A stretch of DNA of 62,378 nucleotides from a virus (Duplodnaviria; Caudoviricetes), in the IMG/VR virus record IMGVR_UViG_3300044723_005436, positions 1 through 62,378 of that record, one strand, 5' to 3'. Below, piece after piece: positions 48,211 to 58,104 of this stretch. Positions within the stretch are counted from its first letter, which is position 1. Every line of letters starts with the position of its first letter. The translations under genes and the position numbers were made by a program. A model generated the notes under the pieces. It was not told the DNA's origin. It searched no databases and saw only the letters and a program-made list of their open reading frames with translations.

Positions 48211-48847
48211 GTTTTATTGGTTTGGCGATAGTTGGGTATATGGAGATGAGCTCGATGATCCGTCTAACGAGTGCTTTGCAAAATTAGCAAGCGATGCGAT
48301 TGGCGCGGAGTGCATAAATTTAGGAGAAAAGGCTACTAGTATCGATAGTATAGTATATAAATTTTTAGACGTAAAGGATCAAATAAAGTCTATAGATAAA
48401 GTTTATTTTTGTTTAACAGATAGCAATCGTGTACAAATAGATGAGAAAAATATTATACCAAGTAAGCATGTTGACAATATTCATCTTCATAGTGAACTTT
48501 GGTATAAGTACTTTGATACAGATAAACAACAACAACTTAATTTAGACAGAAACTTGTTTTTGCTACACAAAGCCTGCCCTCAAGCAAAATTTATTAATAT
48601 TTTTTCGTTAAATTCTAGTAAACATATTCCAGATAGTGCATGGCTATTACCTTCAGATCAATGCATTGCAGAGTTTATTTTACCCTATGTACACAAGGGT
48701 ATGTTATTAACGGACCATCCAGAGTTAATAGTAGAAGAATGGCAAGAACAAGAACCATATGTTGAAAAGTATTTTTATCCCAATCACGCTCATCCTAACA
48801 AACTAGGACATAAAAAGATAGCAGAAGAACTATGCAAACTGATTTAA
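48203..48847 (+). CDS. SGNH/GDSL hydrolase-like protein
   Basis: 'FGDSW', 'NLG', C-terminal 'HPNKLGHKKIA'; start revised to TTG at 48203, overlapping the upstream stop. Confidence 0.65.
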   Translation: MSKFYWFGDSWVYGDELDDPSNECFAKLASDAIGAECINLGEKATSIDSIVYKFLDVKDQIKSIDKVYFCLTDSNRVQIDEKNIIPSKHVDNIHLHSELWYKYFDTDKQQQLNLDRNLFLLHKACPQAKFINIFSLNSSKHIPDSAWLLPSDQCIAEFILPYVHKGMLLTDHPELIVEEWQEQEPYVEKYFYPNHAHPNKLGHKKIAEELCKLI

Positions 48848-50151
48848 TTTTCAAACACAATCATTTAGACACAAAGAGTGCAAGTTTTTGTGCAGCCAAA
48901 TGGTACAACGCTACCATATGGCTAGGCAGTGGAATGACAACCAGTTGTCATCACCCGTTGCCGCATAAAATAGATGCGGAAGCACTTAAACACAATCCTA
49001 AATTACTACACAATACACCTGAGAAGAAAGAACAACGTCGTCAAATGCAGTGTGGCGAACGTCCAGGCGGTTGTGAATACTGTTGGAAAATTGAGGACAT
49101 GGGTCCTAACTTTATAAGTGATAGAGTTTACAAATCAAAGATATATACAAGTGAGGAACTAAACAATGCATACGCTACACCACATGACGAAGATGTTGAT
49201 CTCATTACCCTTGAAATTGCCTTTGACAGAACATGTAATTTTGCTTGCAGTTATTGCAATCCCGCATTTAGCACAACGTGGGTAAAAGATGTTAAAAATA
49301 ACGGCGCTTATCAAGAACTTGTAAGTGACGGACGCAATCATTTTACACATCCGCACGATAGCAATCAACTTTACAAATTAAACGAAACTAATCCATATGT
49401 AGAAGCATTCTTTAAATGGTGGGATACTGACCTGCACCGTACACTGCGTGAACTGCGCATTACAGGCGGCGAACCTATTATGAGTGCAGAGTTATGGAGG
49501 CTGTTTGATTGGTTTAAAGACAATGCAGACAAAAGTCAAACCAGTCTTGCTATCAATAGTAACCTAGGGGGTAAACCAGAACTTATAGATCGACTTGCAG
49601 AATGTCGTAAACATTTGCCAAGTTTGGATATTTACACTAGTATGGAAGCAACAGAATATAGTGCAGAATATATCCGCGATGGTTTAGATTTTGATCAGTG
49701 GTGGAAAAACTTGGTTAAACTACACTTTGCTGACATTGACACGCACTGTATGATGACTATCAACGCACTGTGCTTGCCGACACTACCAGATATGATTGAA
49801 AAGATTTTAAATGCAAGAACATTATTTGGCGAAAACTTTGCAACTATGAGTTACAATATACTACGCTTTCCTAGTTTCCAAAGTTGTTTAGTATTACCAC
49901 AAGCGATTAAAGATGAGTGCGTTAACAGACTAAAACAATTAGACTTGACTAACATGCAGGATTGGGAACGCGGACAATTGGATAGACTTGTGGAATACTT
50001 GCAGGTAGTTGAAAAGCCGCACAACGAAGCATTTGAAATGCCGCGTTTGCACAATGACTTTAAAAAGTTTTACACACAGTATGATGTACGCCGCAATCAC
50101 ACGTTTGCAACTGCATTTCCAGAACTAGAGGAATGGTATGAGTCGCTCTAA
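48832..50151 (+). CDS. Radical SAM protein with N-terminal auxiliary-cluster motif
   Basis: CNFACSYC, TGGEP; CAAKW..SCHHP..CEYCW; close paralog of 44400. Confidence 0.85.
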   Translation: MQTDLIFKHNHLDTKSASFCAAKWYNATIWLGSGMTTSCHHPLPHKIDAEALKHNPKLLHNTPEKKEQRRQMQCGERPGGCEYCWKIEDMGPNFISDRVYKSKIYTSEELNNAYATPHDEDVDLITLEIAFDRTCNFACSYCNPAFSTTWVKDVKNNGAYQELVSDGRNHFTHPHDSNQLYKLNETNPYVEAFFKWWDTDLHRTLRELRITGGEPIMSAELWRLFDWFKDNADKSQTSLAINSNLGGKPELIDRLAECRKHLPSLDIYTSMEATEYSAEYIRDGLDFDQWWKNLVKLHFADIDTHCMMTINALCLPTLPDMIEKILNARTLFGENFATMSYNILRFPSFQSCLVLPQAIKDECVNRLKQLDLTNMQDWERGQLDRLVEYLQVVEKPHNEAFEMPRLHNDFKKFYTQYDVRRNHTFATAFPELEEWYESL

Positions 50152-51442
50152 AACAGACAAGTATTACGAAACATATGACTATAACAGCAGACGCCCTGTG
50201 TTTGTTGAACTAGAAAGTTTGCGCGAAGATCAACAACAACGTTTAATGACTAGCAAACACTTTTGTATGATTCCATGGACACACATACACGGCTTCCCAA
50301 CAGGTGAAGCATACCCTTGTTGTTTAGGTGAGATGGCACATCCAATTGGAAATATGCGTGAGAACACACTGGAAGAGATTTGGAACGGCGATGCTTATGT
50401 TGGTATGCGTGAACAGATGCTTGCTGACAAACCTTGCAAAGAATGTACACGCTGTTATGAACAAGAAGCACAAGGCTTTTTTAGTATGCGCAACAGTAGC
50501 AACAAACACTTTGGGCATCACATTGACAAAGTTGACCAAGGAGCAAATCCAGACTTTGAATTAGTGTATTGGGATATACGGTTTAGTAATCAGTGTAATC
50601 TCAAGTGTCGTAGTTGTGGTCCTATGTTTAGTAGTTTATGGTATGATGATCATGTAAAGATGCACAGACAAGCACCCAATCACAAACGCATTGAATGGGC
50701 AGGCAGAAATAAGAATGATATATGGGAACAAATGATCCCACACATTGACCAAATCGAACAAATATACTTTGCAGGCGGCGAGCCACTTATTATGCAGGAA
50801 CACTATAACATACTTAAAGAACTTGTGCGCCGTGAACGCTTTGATGTTAAACTAATTTACAATACAAACTTTAATGAAACACTGTACAAAGATTTAGATG
50901 TGCTGGATTATTGGGGCATGTTTGACAGTGTTAGCATTGGTGCAAGTTTAGATGCAAGTGGTGCCAGAGCAGAACTAATGCGCAAAGGCAGCGACTGGGC
51001 TAAGACAACTGCCAACAGAGAACGCATGCTAGAGAAATGTCCAGATGTAGACTTTTACATTAGTCCTACAGTAAGTTTAATGAATGTATTGCATGTGCCA
51101 GACTTTCACAGAGACTGGATAGAACGTGGACTGTTAAAGCCACAAGACTTAAATGTAAATGTATTACAAAGTCCAGATTGGTATCGTGTTGACTGTTTGC
51201 CGGAATACATGAAGCAGGATGTGACTGCAAAACTAGAAGAGCACATTGCTTGGTTAGCACCACAAGATCATTTACAACGTGCAACAAACGGCTTTCGTAG
51301 TACAATTAGTTTTATGAATAGTCAAGACAATACACAGCATCTTAAAAAGTTTAATCAAGTAACAGCACAATTAGATGCAGTAAGAACAGAAAACTTCTAC
51401 GAAGTATTTCCAGAACTAGCGAGTTTACAAACCTATGCCTAA
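50138..51442 (+). CDS. Radical SAM protein with N-terminal SPASM/twitch-like motif
   Basis: CNLKCRSC, AGGEP, YNTN; CMIPW..PCC..IGN...LEEIWN..CTRCY. Confidence 0.87.
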   Translation: MSRSKTDKYYETYDYNSRRPVFVELESLREDQQQRLMTSKHFCMIPWTHIHGFPTGEAYPCCLGEMAHPIGNMRENTLEEIWNGDAYVGMREQMLADKPCKECTRCYEQEAQGFFSMRNSSNKHFGHHIDKVDQGANPDFELVYWDIRFSNQCNLKCRSCGPMFSSLWYDDHVKMHRQAPNHKRIEWAGRNKNDIWEQMIPHIDQIEQIYFAGGEPLIMQEHYNILKELVRRERFDVKLIYNTNFNETLYKDLDVLDYWGMFDSVSIGASLDASGARAELMRKGSDWAKTTANRERMLEKCPDVDFYISPTVSLMNVLHVPDFHRDWIERGLLKPQDLNVNVLQSPDWYRVDCLPEYMKQDVTAKLEEHIAWLAPQDHLQRATNGFRSTISFMNSQDNTQHLKKFNQVTAQLDAVRTENFYEVFPELASLQTYA

Positions 51443-52613
51443 ATGTATACTACCATGGATCAGTATTGAAGCAACACCAATGGGTACTACTAGGCCTTGT
51501 TGTTTAGCAAAACATGAAATACCAGGAATTGATTTAAAAAAACATACACTTGAAGATGCTTTTCGCAGCGAATATATGGATGATATGCGCAAGGCATTTA
51601 GCGAAGACAAAAAACCAGGACAGTGTAGTAGTTGTTGGATGGAAGAAGATGCTGGTAAAAAGTCTAAGCGAGAGTACATGTTAGAAAAGTTTAGACATAT
51701 AGAAGTAGATTATAATAATACCAAAGGCGAAAGTTTACAATTTTTAGATTTAAAACTTGGAAATATTTGTAATCTTAAATGTCGCATATGCGGAACCTGG
51801 AGCAGTAGCAAATGGGGGCAGGAAGAATTAGATTATTATAATCCTGAATTAGAAGGGAATAGCCAAATTAAAGATTGGCTTAAAGCAGGACAATGGCCCA
51901 GAACTAGTCGCAAATTTTGGGATAACATGGATCTGTTATTGCCACAAATAAAGTATTTTGAATTTACAGGCGGTGAACCGTTTTTAATCAAGCAACACTT
52001 TGATCTGCTAGAACGTGCAGTAGAAAAAGGATATGCAAAAAATATAGATATTCATTATAATACTAACACAACAAAATTGCCTAAACAACATGAAATATGG
52101 AAGCATTTTAAACATGTACAAATTGCATTTAGTGTAGATAATACCAAAGAACGTTTTGAATATGAACGCTACGGTGCTAAATGGAGAACTAGCAATAAGA
52201 ACATTAATGCTATTCACACTCTCAGAGACAGTGGAGAATATAACATGGAGACACAATTATGCACCACTTGGAATATACAAAACATTTTTTATGTTGATGA
52301 AGTACTAACATGGGCAGAGACTATGAACTTTAATAGTATTCATTTTAATTTAATGCATGATCCATGGGAACTGGCAATTAGTAATACTCCAACTAGTGCA
52401 AAAGCAGAGTTGATGATATATCTACAAAAGTGCAGAGTAAAACATCAAAAATATGCAAAAGATATCGAAAGCCTGCAGCATATTGTAATGCGCAGCCAAC
52501 AAGAAGATGCACAGCCTTTACATAATAAATTTAGACGTACTGATCTATATCGTAATCAAAACTTTGCAGAAAGTCATAGTAAAATAGCAAAGGCAATTGG
52601 TTATGAACTCTAA
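51435..52613 (+). CDS. Radical SAM protein with N-terminal SPASM/twitch-like motif
   Basis: CNLKCRIC, TGGEP, YNTN; CILPW..PCC..CSSCW. Confidence 0.87.
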   Translation: MPKCILPWISIEATPMGTTRPCCLAKHEIPGIDLKKHTLEDAFRSEYMDDMRKAFSEDKKPGQCSSCWMEEDAGKKSKREYMLEKFRHIEVDYNNTKGESLQFLDLKLGNICNLKCRICGTWSSSKWGQEELDYYNPELEGNSQIKDWLKAGQWPRTSRKFWDNMDLLLPQIKYFEFTGGEPFLIKQHFDLLERAVEKGYAKNIDIHYNTNTTKLPKQHEIWKHFKHVQIAFSVDNTKERFEYERYGAKWRTSNKNINAIHTLRDSGEYNMETQLCTTWNIQNIFYVDEVLTWAETMNFNSIHFNLMHDPWELAISNTPTSAKAELMIYLQKCRVKHQKYAKDIESLQHIVMRSQQEDAQPLHNKFRRTDLYRNQNFAESHSKIAKAIGYEL

Positions 52614-53562
52614 GCCTACTATATTAGTAAGTGAAAATCGAACAGTTTTTCAAACATCGTTCCTTGAAAAAATATGGGAACAGTATTTTAATGTTGAAAT
52701 ACTTGATGTAAACAAGCACTATGATAAGCGTAACACTGTTGTTGTTAGTGATCGCGTGGACTTTCTTCAAGACCGGGATACTGATGAGCGTATACTAGCA
52801 AACAAAGGGTTAAGACATGTTATTGATCATTGTTGGGATAGTTGGGTCAATAATTTAGATAATAGTGCAGACTTTGTATTGCGGCCTAGAGATTTCATAA
52901 GGATTAACGAAAGTATATGGTATAAACATCTAGGCTACGATAAACTAGAACTTATAAAAAACCCTAGTAGGGACTTTTTACTTTTAATGAATGGAGTGTC
53001 TCCAGAGCGTACAAAATTATATAATAGATTAACTCCTGTATTGTCAGATAATATTTACAGTTATTTCGGACATGGTGTACCATTGCAAAATGCACAAGAT
53101 CAAGAATATAATAACCCAACCTGGCAAAGATATATAGACCCAATTTGGTATACAAGTACACGATTTAGCGTTGTAGTTGAAAGTGTTATTGGAGAAAAAT
53201 TCGTTCTTCTTGCCAATGATGATATAAATGTAAGTGAAAAAACTTTAAAGCCTTGTGCTTTTAAACATCCTTACATCGTTTGGGGACAAGCAGGCACACT
53301 AGCATGGCAAAAACGCCAAGGGTTCGAAACATTTGATCATTGCGTTGATGAAACTTATGACACTGTTGAAGATAAAAATTTAAGATTTGAAAAAGTAGTA
53401 GAACAAATTAATTTGTGCATTGAAGATAAAACAATCTTTACCGACGAACTAACAAAACAAAAACTGGAGCACAATTACAACCATTTTTATAATGAAGAAG
53501 TAGTTATGAAATTGTTTAAAGAACAAATGATAGATCCTTTGTTGGAGTTTATAGAATCGTGA
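52597..53562 (+). CDS. Putative glycosyltransferase, GT10-like 'SEK' family
   Basis: 'FSVVVES...VSEKTLKP..FKHPYIVWG...QGFETFDHCVDETYD'; probable start MNSKP at 52603. Confidence 0.45.
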   Translation: MVMNSKPTILVSENRTVFQTSFLEKIWEQYFNVEILDVNKHYDKRNTVVVSDRVDFLQDRDTDERILANKGLRHVIDHCWDSWVNNLDNSADFVLRPRDFIRINESIWYKHLGYDKLELIKNPSRDFLLLMNGVSPERTKLYNRLTPVLSDNIYSYFGHGVPLQNAQDQEYNNPTWQRYIDPIWYTSTRFSVVVESVIGEKFVLLANDDINVSEKTLKPCAFKHPYIVWGQAGTLAWQKRQGFETFDHCVDETYDTVEDKNLRFEKVVEQINLCIEDKTIFTDELTKQKLEHNYNHFYNEEVVMKLFKEQMIDPLLEFIES

Positions 53563-54221
53563 TTGCAGTAATCGGACGTGGTCTAGTAGCTCAACAAGTT
53601 ATTGATGTAGTGAATCCTGACACGGTGTTTACTAGCAGTAATATACTTGAATTAAGTAACACTGCATGGGATACTATATACTGTGCAGCACCTAGTGGCA
53701 ATAGAATATGGGCGCAGCAAAATCCTACATTAGATAAATCTAGTGTATGGCAAATCATTAATGAATGTGCAGTTACAAAGTTCCAGCGTTTTGTATTGTT
53801 TAGCACAGGCGATACGCAAGTTAATCCAGATAGTGCTTATGGACATAATAGGTTACAGTTAGAAAACTGGGTTAAAACATTGCCCGACAGTAGCATAATT
53901 CGTTTGCCCAGTTTAATACACACAACAATAACAAAAAATATGTTGTATGATATAAAACACAACTGCTGGTTAGATAAAATAAATCCCAATAATCAATTGC
54001 AGTGGTTTGATTTAAGTCTGTTAAAAGATTGGATTACAACCAATGAACGTGAAGTTAATGTGTGCAGTGAGCCTATACTAGCGCAGGATATTCTAGCAGA
54101 ATTTGCGCCTGCAATAACAGAACAATTAGATTACACACGCAAGGGTGATGTATACGATTTACAACCATATAGTTACACTCGTGAAGAAATATTTGCAAGT
54201 ATCAGAGATTATTTAAAATGA
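53559..54221 (+). CDS. NAD(P)-binding epimerase/reductase-like protein (atypical SDR)
   Basis: 'VIGRGLVA' Rossmann start, 'YCAAPS', 'FSTGD', 'YGHNRLQLE', 'IIRLPSL'. Confidence 0.65.
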   Translation: MIAVIGRGLVAQQVIDVVNPDTVFTSSNILELSNTAWDTIYCAAPSGNRIWAQQNPTLDKSSVWQIINECAVTKFQRFVLFSTGDTQVNPDSAYGHNRLQLENWVKTLPDSSIIRLPSLIHTTITKNMLYDIKHNCWLDKINPNNQLQWFDLSLLKDWITTNEREVNVCSEPILAQDILAEFAPAITEQLDYTRKGDVYDLQPYSYTREEIFASIRDYLK

Positions 54222-54781
54222 TTTATGTATGCGGAGATAGTTTTGCAGCAAGTGATCCGGAAAGCGTAATTACCCCTTGGCATGAACAGTTAGAATGTGT
54301 AAATTTATCACGAGTCTGTGCAACTAATCTACAAATTAGTCAACAAGTAGATTATGCAATAAAACATGCAAGTTTTATTATTGCGTTGTTTACTACTTGT
54401 GTGCGTTTTGAACATGGCGCAGACAGTTATACACTGCATAATTTAACTACAAGCAATCTAAATAAAATACAACAGCACCTAGTTACAGAGCATGCAAAAC
54501 ATTTCTTTGATTTAGACTTGGAAATATATAGAAATAAGTGTATAATAGAAAGTGTGTTGCAACGTTTAACAGACAGTAGTATACCTTTCTTGTTTGATCA
54601 AGGTGGATTTGAACACACAAAGTTTGGTGTGACCGCACAATACTTTGAAAAATACAACAAACATCGTAGCAAATATAACCTATGGGATCATGGAGATAGC
54701 AAGTTGCACAGACCTTATTTCCATATAACAGATCAACTTATACACAATAGAGTAGCAGAATATTATCGTGAACAAACCTGA
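54218..54781 (+). CDS. SGNH-like protein
   Basis: 'VCGDSF', 'NLSRVCATN', C-terminal His ('YFHITD..IH'). Confidence 0.55.
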   Translation: MIYVCGDSFAASDPESVITPWHEQLECVNLSRVCATNLQISQQVDYAIKHASFIIALFTTCVRFEHGADSYTLHNLTTSNLNKIQQHLVTEHAKHFFDLDLEIYRNKCIIESVLQRLTDSSIPFLFDQGGFEHTKFGVTAQYFEKYNKHRSKYNLWDHGDSKLHRPYFHITDQLIHNRVAEYYREQT

Positions 54782-56045
54782 AAACCTATGCATGGCGCCA
54801 TGGACGCACACTTACCTCAGCCCACAAACTGAAAGACGGTTGTGCTGTGCTAGTCGTGAGCCTGCGCAGAGCTTTACACAATACATTGACACTGCAGAAG
54901 GCACTAACGAATACACTCCGCAAACATTAGATGAGTATTGGAATGGCGAGAACATTCGTCGTATACGAACACAGATGTTAAACAATGAAGTACCGCCTGA
55001 ATGTGAAGTGTGCGATAAGAAGTTGCTTAACCAAGACGTATATAGAGATTATTTTACACATTTATTTAAACATAAATGGCAAGATGTCGTTCCTAGTACA
55101 GACGCAGATGGTTATACCACTATGAAACCTATTAGTTGGGATTATCGGTTTAGCAACTTGTGTAACTATAAATGTCGTATGTGCGGACCTATGCTTAGTA
55201 GCAGTTGGGAAACAGAAGCTCGCAAGCAAGGCAAAGTAGAACCCTGGATGGAAAAGCCTGTGAAAAAGGCTATTGAAACTTTCCAGAAAGATCAAGTAGA
55301 AGCAGAGTTTGCACAAGCAGTTGAAGAACACCGTGTAGAAGAAATATACTGGGTAGGCGGCGAACCACTTATGTACGAACAGCACTGGCGTTATATGCAA
55401 CGCATCATTGAACTAGGAGATGGACCTAAACTGTATGCACGTTATAATACAAACCTAAGTCGTATTGAATATAAGGGTATTCATTTATATGATGATATAC
55501 TAGCAAACATTCGTGACTGGCAAATATGTGCAAGTTTAGATGGTACTGGTGCAGTGGGTGAATATATACGCACAGGGTTAAACTATAGTGAATGGTTAAC
55601 TTATTTTGCTATGGGTGCAAAGTTCGCTGACGGTGATCGCAGAAAAATGCGCATCGACTTCACACTTACACTGCCCGGGCTATTTGAAATAGTAAACATA
55701 TGTCGTCTGGCTAGAGATTTAAAAGTAGATATACTTGCTAAAGTTACATTTGCGTTTACGCCAGACATTGCAATGAGTCCATTATTTCTTCCCAAGAATA
55801 TATTACACGATTATGTAAATGAATTGTTATTGACTGACTATGTGGATAATCGTACAATAAGAGAAATGCTAAAAAGTTTATTAACTCGTCCAACTTTTGA
55901 AGAAGAGTTTCCGGACGAGTATGCTAAAGGTAGAATCAAAGGCAAGTGGCGCATGCAAGCAATGGACAATTTGCGTGGCGGTATGAAGTTTAGAGATACA
56001 CTAGGCACAGTACAAGCAAGAGAGTTTTGGGATGAAATCTGTTAA
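54768..56045 (+). CDS. Radical SAM protein with N-terminal SPASM/twitch-like motif
   Basis: CNYKCRMC, VGGEP, YNTN; CMAPW..LCC..CEVCD. Confidence 0.87.
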   Translation: MNKPENLCMAPWTHTYLSPQTERRLCCASREPAQSFTQYIDTAEGTNEYTPQTLDEYWNGENIRRIRTQMLNNEVPPECEVCDKKLLNQDVYRDYFTHLFKHKWQDVVPSTDADGYTTMKPISWDYRFSNLCNYKCRMCGPMLSSSWETEARKQGKVEPWMEKPVKKAIETFQKDQVEAEFAQAVEEHRVEEIYWVGGEPLMYEQHWRYMQRIIELGDGPKLYARYNTNLSRIEYKGIHLYDDILANIRDWQICASLDGTGAVGEYIRTGLNYSEWLTYFAMGAKFADGDRRKMRIDFTLTLPGLFEIVNICRLARDLKVDILAKVTFAFTPDIAMSPLFLPKNILHDYVNELLLTDYVDNRTIREMLKSLLTRPTFEEEFPDEYAKGRIKGKWRMQAMDNLRGGMKFRDTLGTVQAREFWDEIC

Positions 56046-57108
56046 AGTAGTAATGCAAAATCCTTTGGATAAAAAGGATAAGATTGATTATACAATAATA
56101 CCTAACGATACACAGTTGGCAAAAGACTGGATAGTTGCACTAGAACAAGATGTGCTGCAAAAAAGTTTGCACTTAGAAAAGAACTATTGTTTTTTAGGGT
56201 TTCCAGATAATCCTCGCAATATAGAATATATATGTAATCAGATTAATCAGCATTGTAAAGTAATTAATCGTAGTAAGATCGGATACCGCATTGAAGAATA
56301 CTTTGTACCGGATGCTGTGATGTTTGATGAAAGTTTCGACGACATATACAACGATGAAGAAATCTTTAAGCATGATATTATGAATCGATTGCATAATCAT
56401 TTTGAAGTATTACAAGGCACAGTTGAAAATTTAAGTGAATATTATACTAAGGCAGATGTGCTTACAAAATACAGTATTAGGCAATTAAACAATTTATGTC
56501 ATGAAATGGAATGTCTGTGTTTAAGTATTAAAAATAAAAGGCATTCGCCAGACTGGATCAGGCCGGCACAAATAACTACATTTCTAAACGCTCCGCGACA
56601 TCACTTAACAGACGAGCATCGTAAAGGTTTTGCAGAAAATTATTTTGATAGAGAGCTCGGCGGTGTGTATATGCATTGGTGCCAAATTGGAAAAACACTA
56701 TGGGAAGTTTATAAAGATGAGGGCGCACCAAAATTAACAGATACAGTTTGTGAAGCAATTACACATTTACAATATTATAGCGGTGAATTTGATATTGACT
56801 GGGCTGACACCATTACACCTGAGAAATATTCCTGGCGCAAAGAGGAACTAGCCGGATATGAAAAATGGCTCATCGAAAACAACTATGATCCACTAGATCC
56901 ACAGTTGAGCAACGGCTATTTAAAACTAGGACAAGTTGACTTGATAAATAGTTTTGGTACTAGTACAAAAGAAGAAATTTGGAAAATACTTTCAGAACAT
57001 TTAGATATTTGCAGAATAGAAGTAGACGGAATATCGTGTGATTATAATTACACATGGACAGACATTGACTACGAAGTGCGTCAACTAAAACAACTAGGAT
57101 ACATTTAA
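56032..57108 (+). CDS. Hypothetical protein
   Basis: 358-aa coupled ORF; 'NRLHNHFE', 'LNNLCHEME', 'GKT' look like conserved motifs but I cannot assign a family. Confidence 0.55.
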   Translation: MKSVKVVMQNPLDKKDKIDYTIIPNDTQLAKDWIVALEQDVLQKSLHLEKNYCFLGFPDNPRNIEYICNQINQHCKVINRSKIGYRIEEYFVPDAVMFDESFDDIYNDEEIFKHDIMNRLHNHFEVLQGTVENLSEYYTKADVLTKYSIRQLNNLCHEMECLCLSIKNKRHSPDWIRPAQITTFLNAPRHHLTDEHRKGFAENYFDRELGGVYMHWCQIGKTLWEVYKDEGAPKLTDTVCEAITHLQYYSGEFDIDWADTITPEKYSWRKEELAGYEKWLIENNYDPLDPQLSNGYLKLGQVDLINSFGTSTKEEIWKILSEHLDICRIEVDGISCDYNYTWTDIDYEVRQLKQLGYI

Positions 57109-57590
57109 TGAAAATTTTAATATGCGGATTACCTGGCAGTGGAAAAAGCACACTGGCAGAACCTTTTGCCGAGCTAATTGGTGCGGTATGGATCAATGCT
57201 GATCAAGTTCGCGAAAGATACAATGACTGGGACTTCTCACCTGAAGGAAGAATTAGACAAGCACAGCGTATGAAACACCTTAGTGATGGTGTTGTTATGG
57301 CTGGTAAGATTGCTGTAGCAGACTTTGTGTGTCCAACTGAAGCAGCCCGTGCCGAGTTTGATGCAGATTACACAGTATGGATGGATACAATTAAAGAAGG
57401 CAGATTTGAAGATACAAATGCTATGTTTGAAAAGCCTGTAGATGTTAACTATCATGTTAATGGTTGGTTCGATGACACACACGCACAACTAGTAAAAGTT
57501 GTAACAAACTATATGAAGCGTCAAGACGATATTCGTAATGATCGTCCAGAAGGCTTTACTATGGATAACTTAGTAATAGGAAAAAAGTAA
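57108..57590 (+). CDS. Adenylylsulfate kinase (CysC)-like P-loop kinase
   Basis: GLPGSGKS, 'NADQVR', 'FSPEGRIRQA', 'FVCP', 'FEKP'. Confidence 0.7.
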   Translation: MKILICGLPGSGKSTLAEPFAELIGAVWINADQVRERYNDWDFSPEGRIRQAQRMKHLSDGVVMAGKIAVADFVCPTEAARAEFDADYTVWMDTIKEGRFEDTNAMFEKPVDVNYHVNGWFDDTHAQLVKVVTNYMKRQDDIRNDRPEGFTMDNLVIGKK

Positions 57591-58003
57591 TGGCATTTGA
57601 TTGGCAAAAACCCACAACACAAATGCTAGGCAGATGGCAACCTTGGCATGATGGACACACAGAATTGTTTAAAAGAGCCCTTGCTGAAACAGGACAAGTA
57701 TGTATTATGGTGCGTGATGTAGGCGGCATTGTGGGACAAGATGCTGGCGGCGGCAGAACTGCAGCGCAGCAGGATAATCCATTTGTATATGAAGATGTCT
57801 GGCACGGTATCCGCGATGGACTACAAGCAGCAGGCTATGAGTATAGTGATCAGTATATCGTAATGCGTGTACCAAACATTGTTGACATTAGTTATGGTAG
57901 AGGTGTAGGCTATACATTTACTGAACATGACTTGGGTAAAGAAGTTCACAACATTAGTGCTACAAAGATTAGAGCAGAGATGCGTGAAAAGGGAGAACTA
58001 TAA
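57590..58003 (+). CDS. HxGH nucleotidyltransferase (cytidylyltransferase-like)
   Basis: 'GRWQPWHDGH' and C-terminal 'ISATKIR'. Confidence 0.75.
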   Translation: MAFDWQKPTTQMLGRWQPWHDGHTELFKRALAETGQVCIMVRDVGGIVGQDAGGGRTAAQQDNPFVYEDVWHGIRDGLQAAGYEYSDQYIVMRVPNIVDISYGRGVGYTFTEHDLGKEVHNISATKIRAEMREKGEL

Positions 58004-58104
58004 TGGGTTGGATTAAACGTATTATTAATAAAATTAAGTTGGAAATTAGATACCGCAAGCGTTTAAAAGAACTGCGTAAACGAGATCCTTTTATCTACAA
58101 ATGA
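58003..58104 (+). CDS. 33-aa basic peptide ending 'RDPFIYK', not in ORF track
   Basis: MGWIKRIINKIKLEIRYRKRLKELRKRDPFIYK*; GGAG RBS, TAATG coupling upstream and ATGA coupling downstream. Confidence 0.65.
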   Translation: MGWIKRIINKIKLEIRYRKRLKELRKRDPFIYK

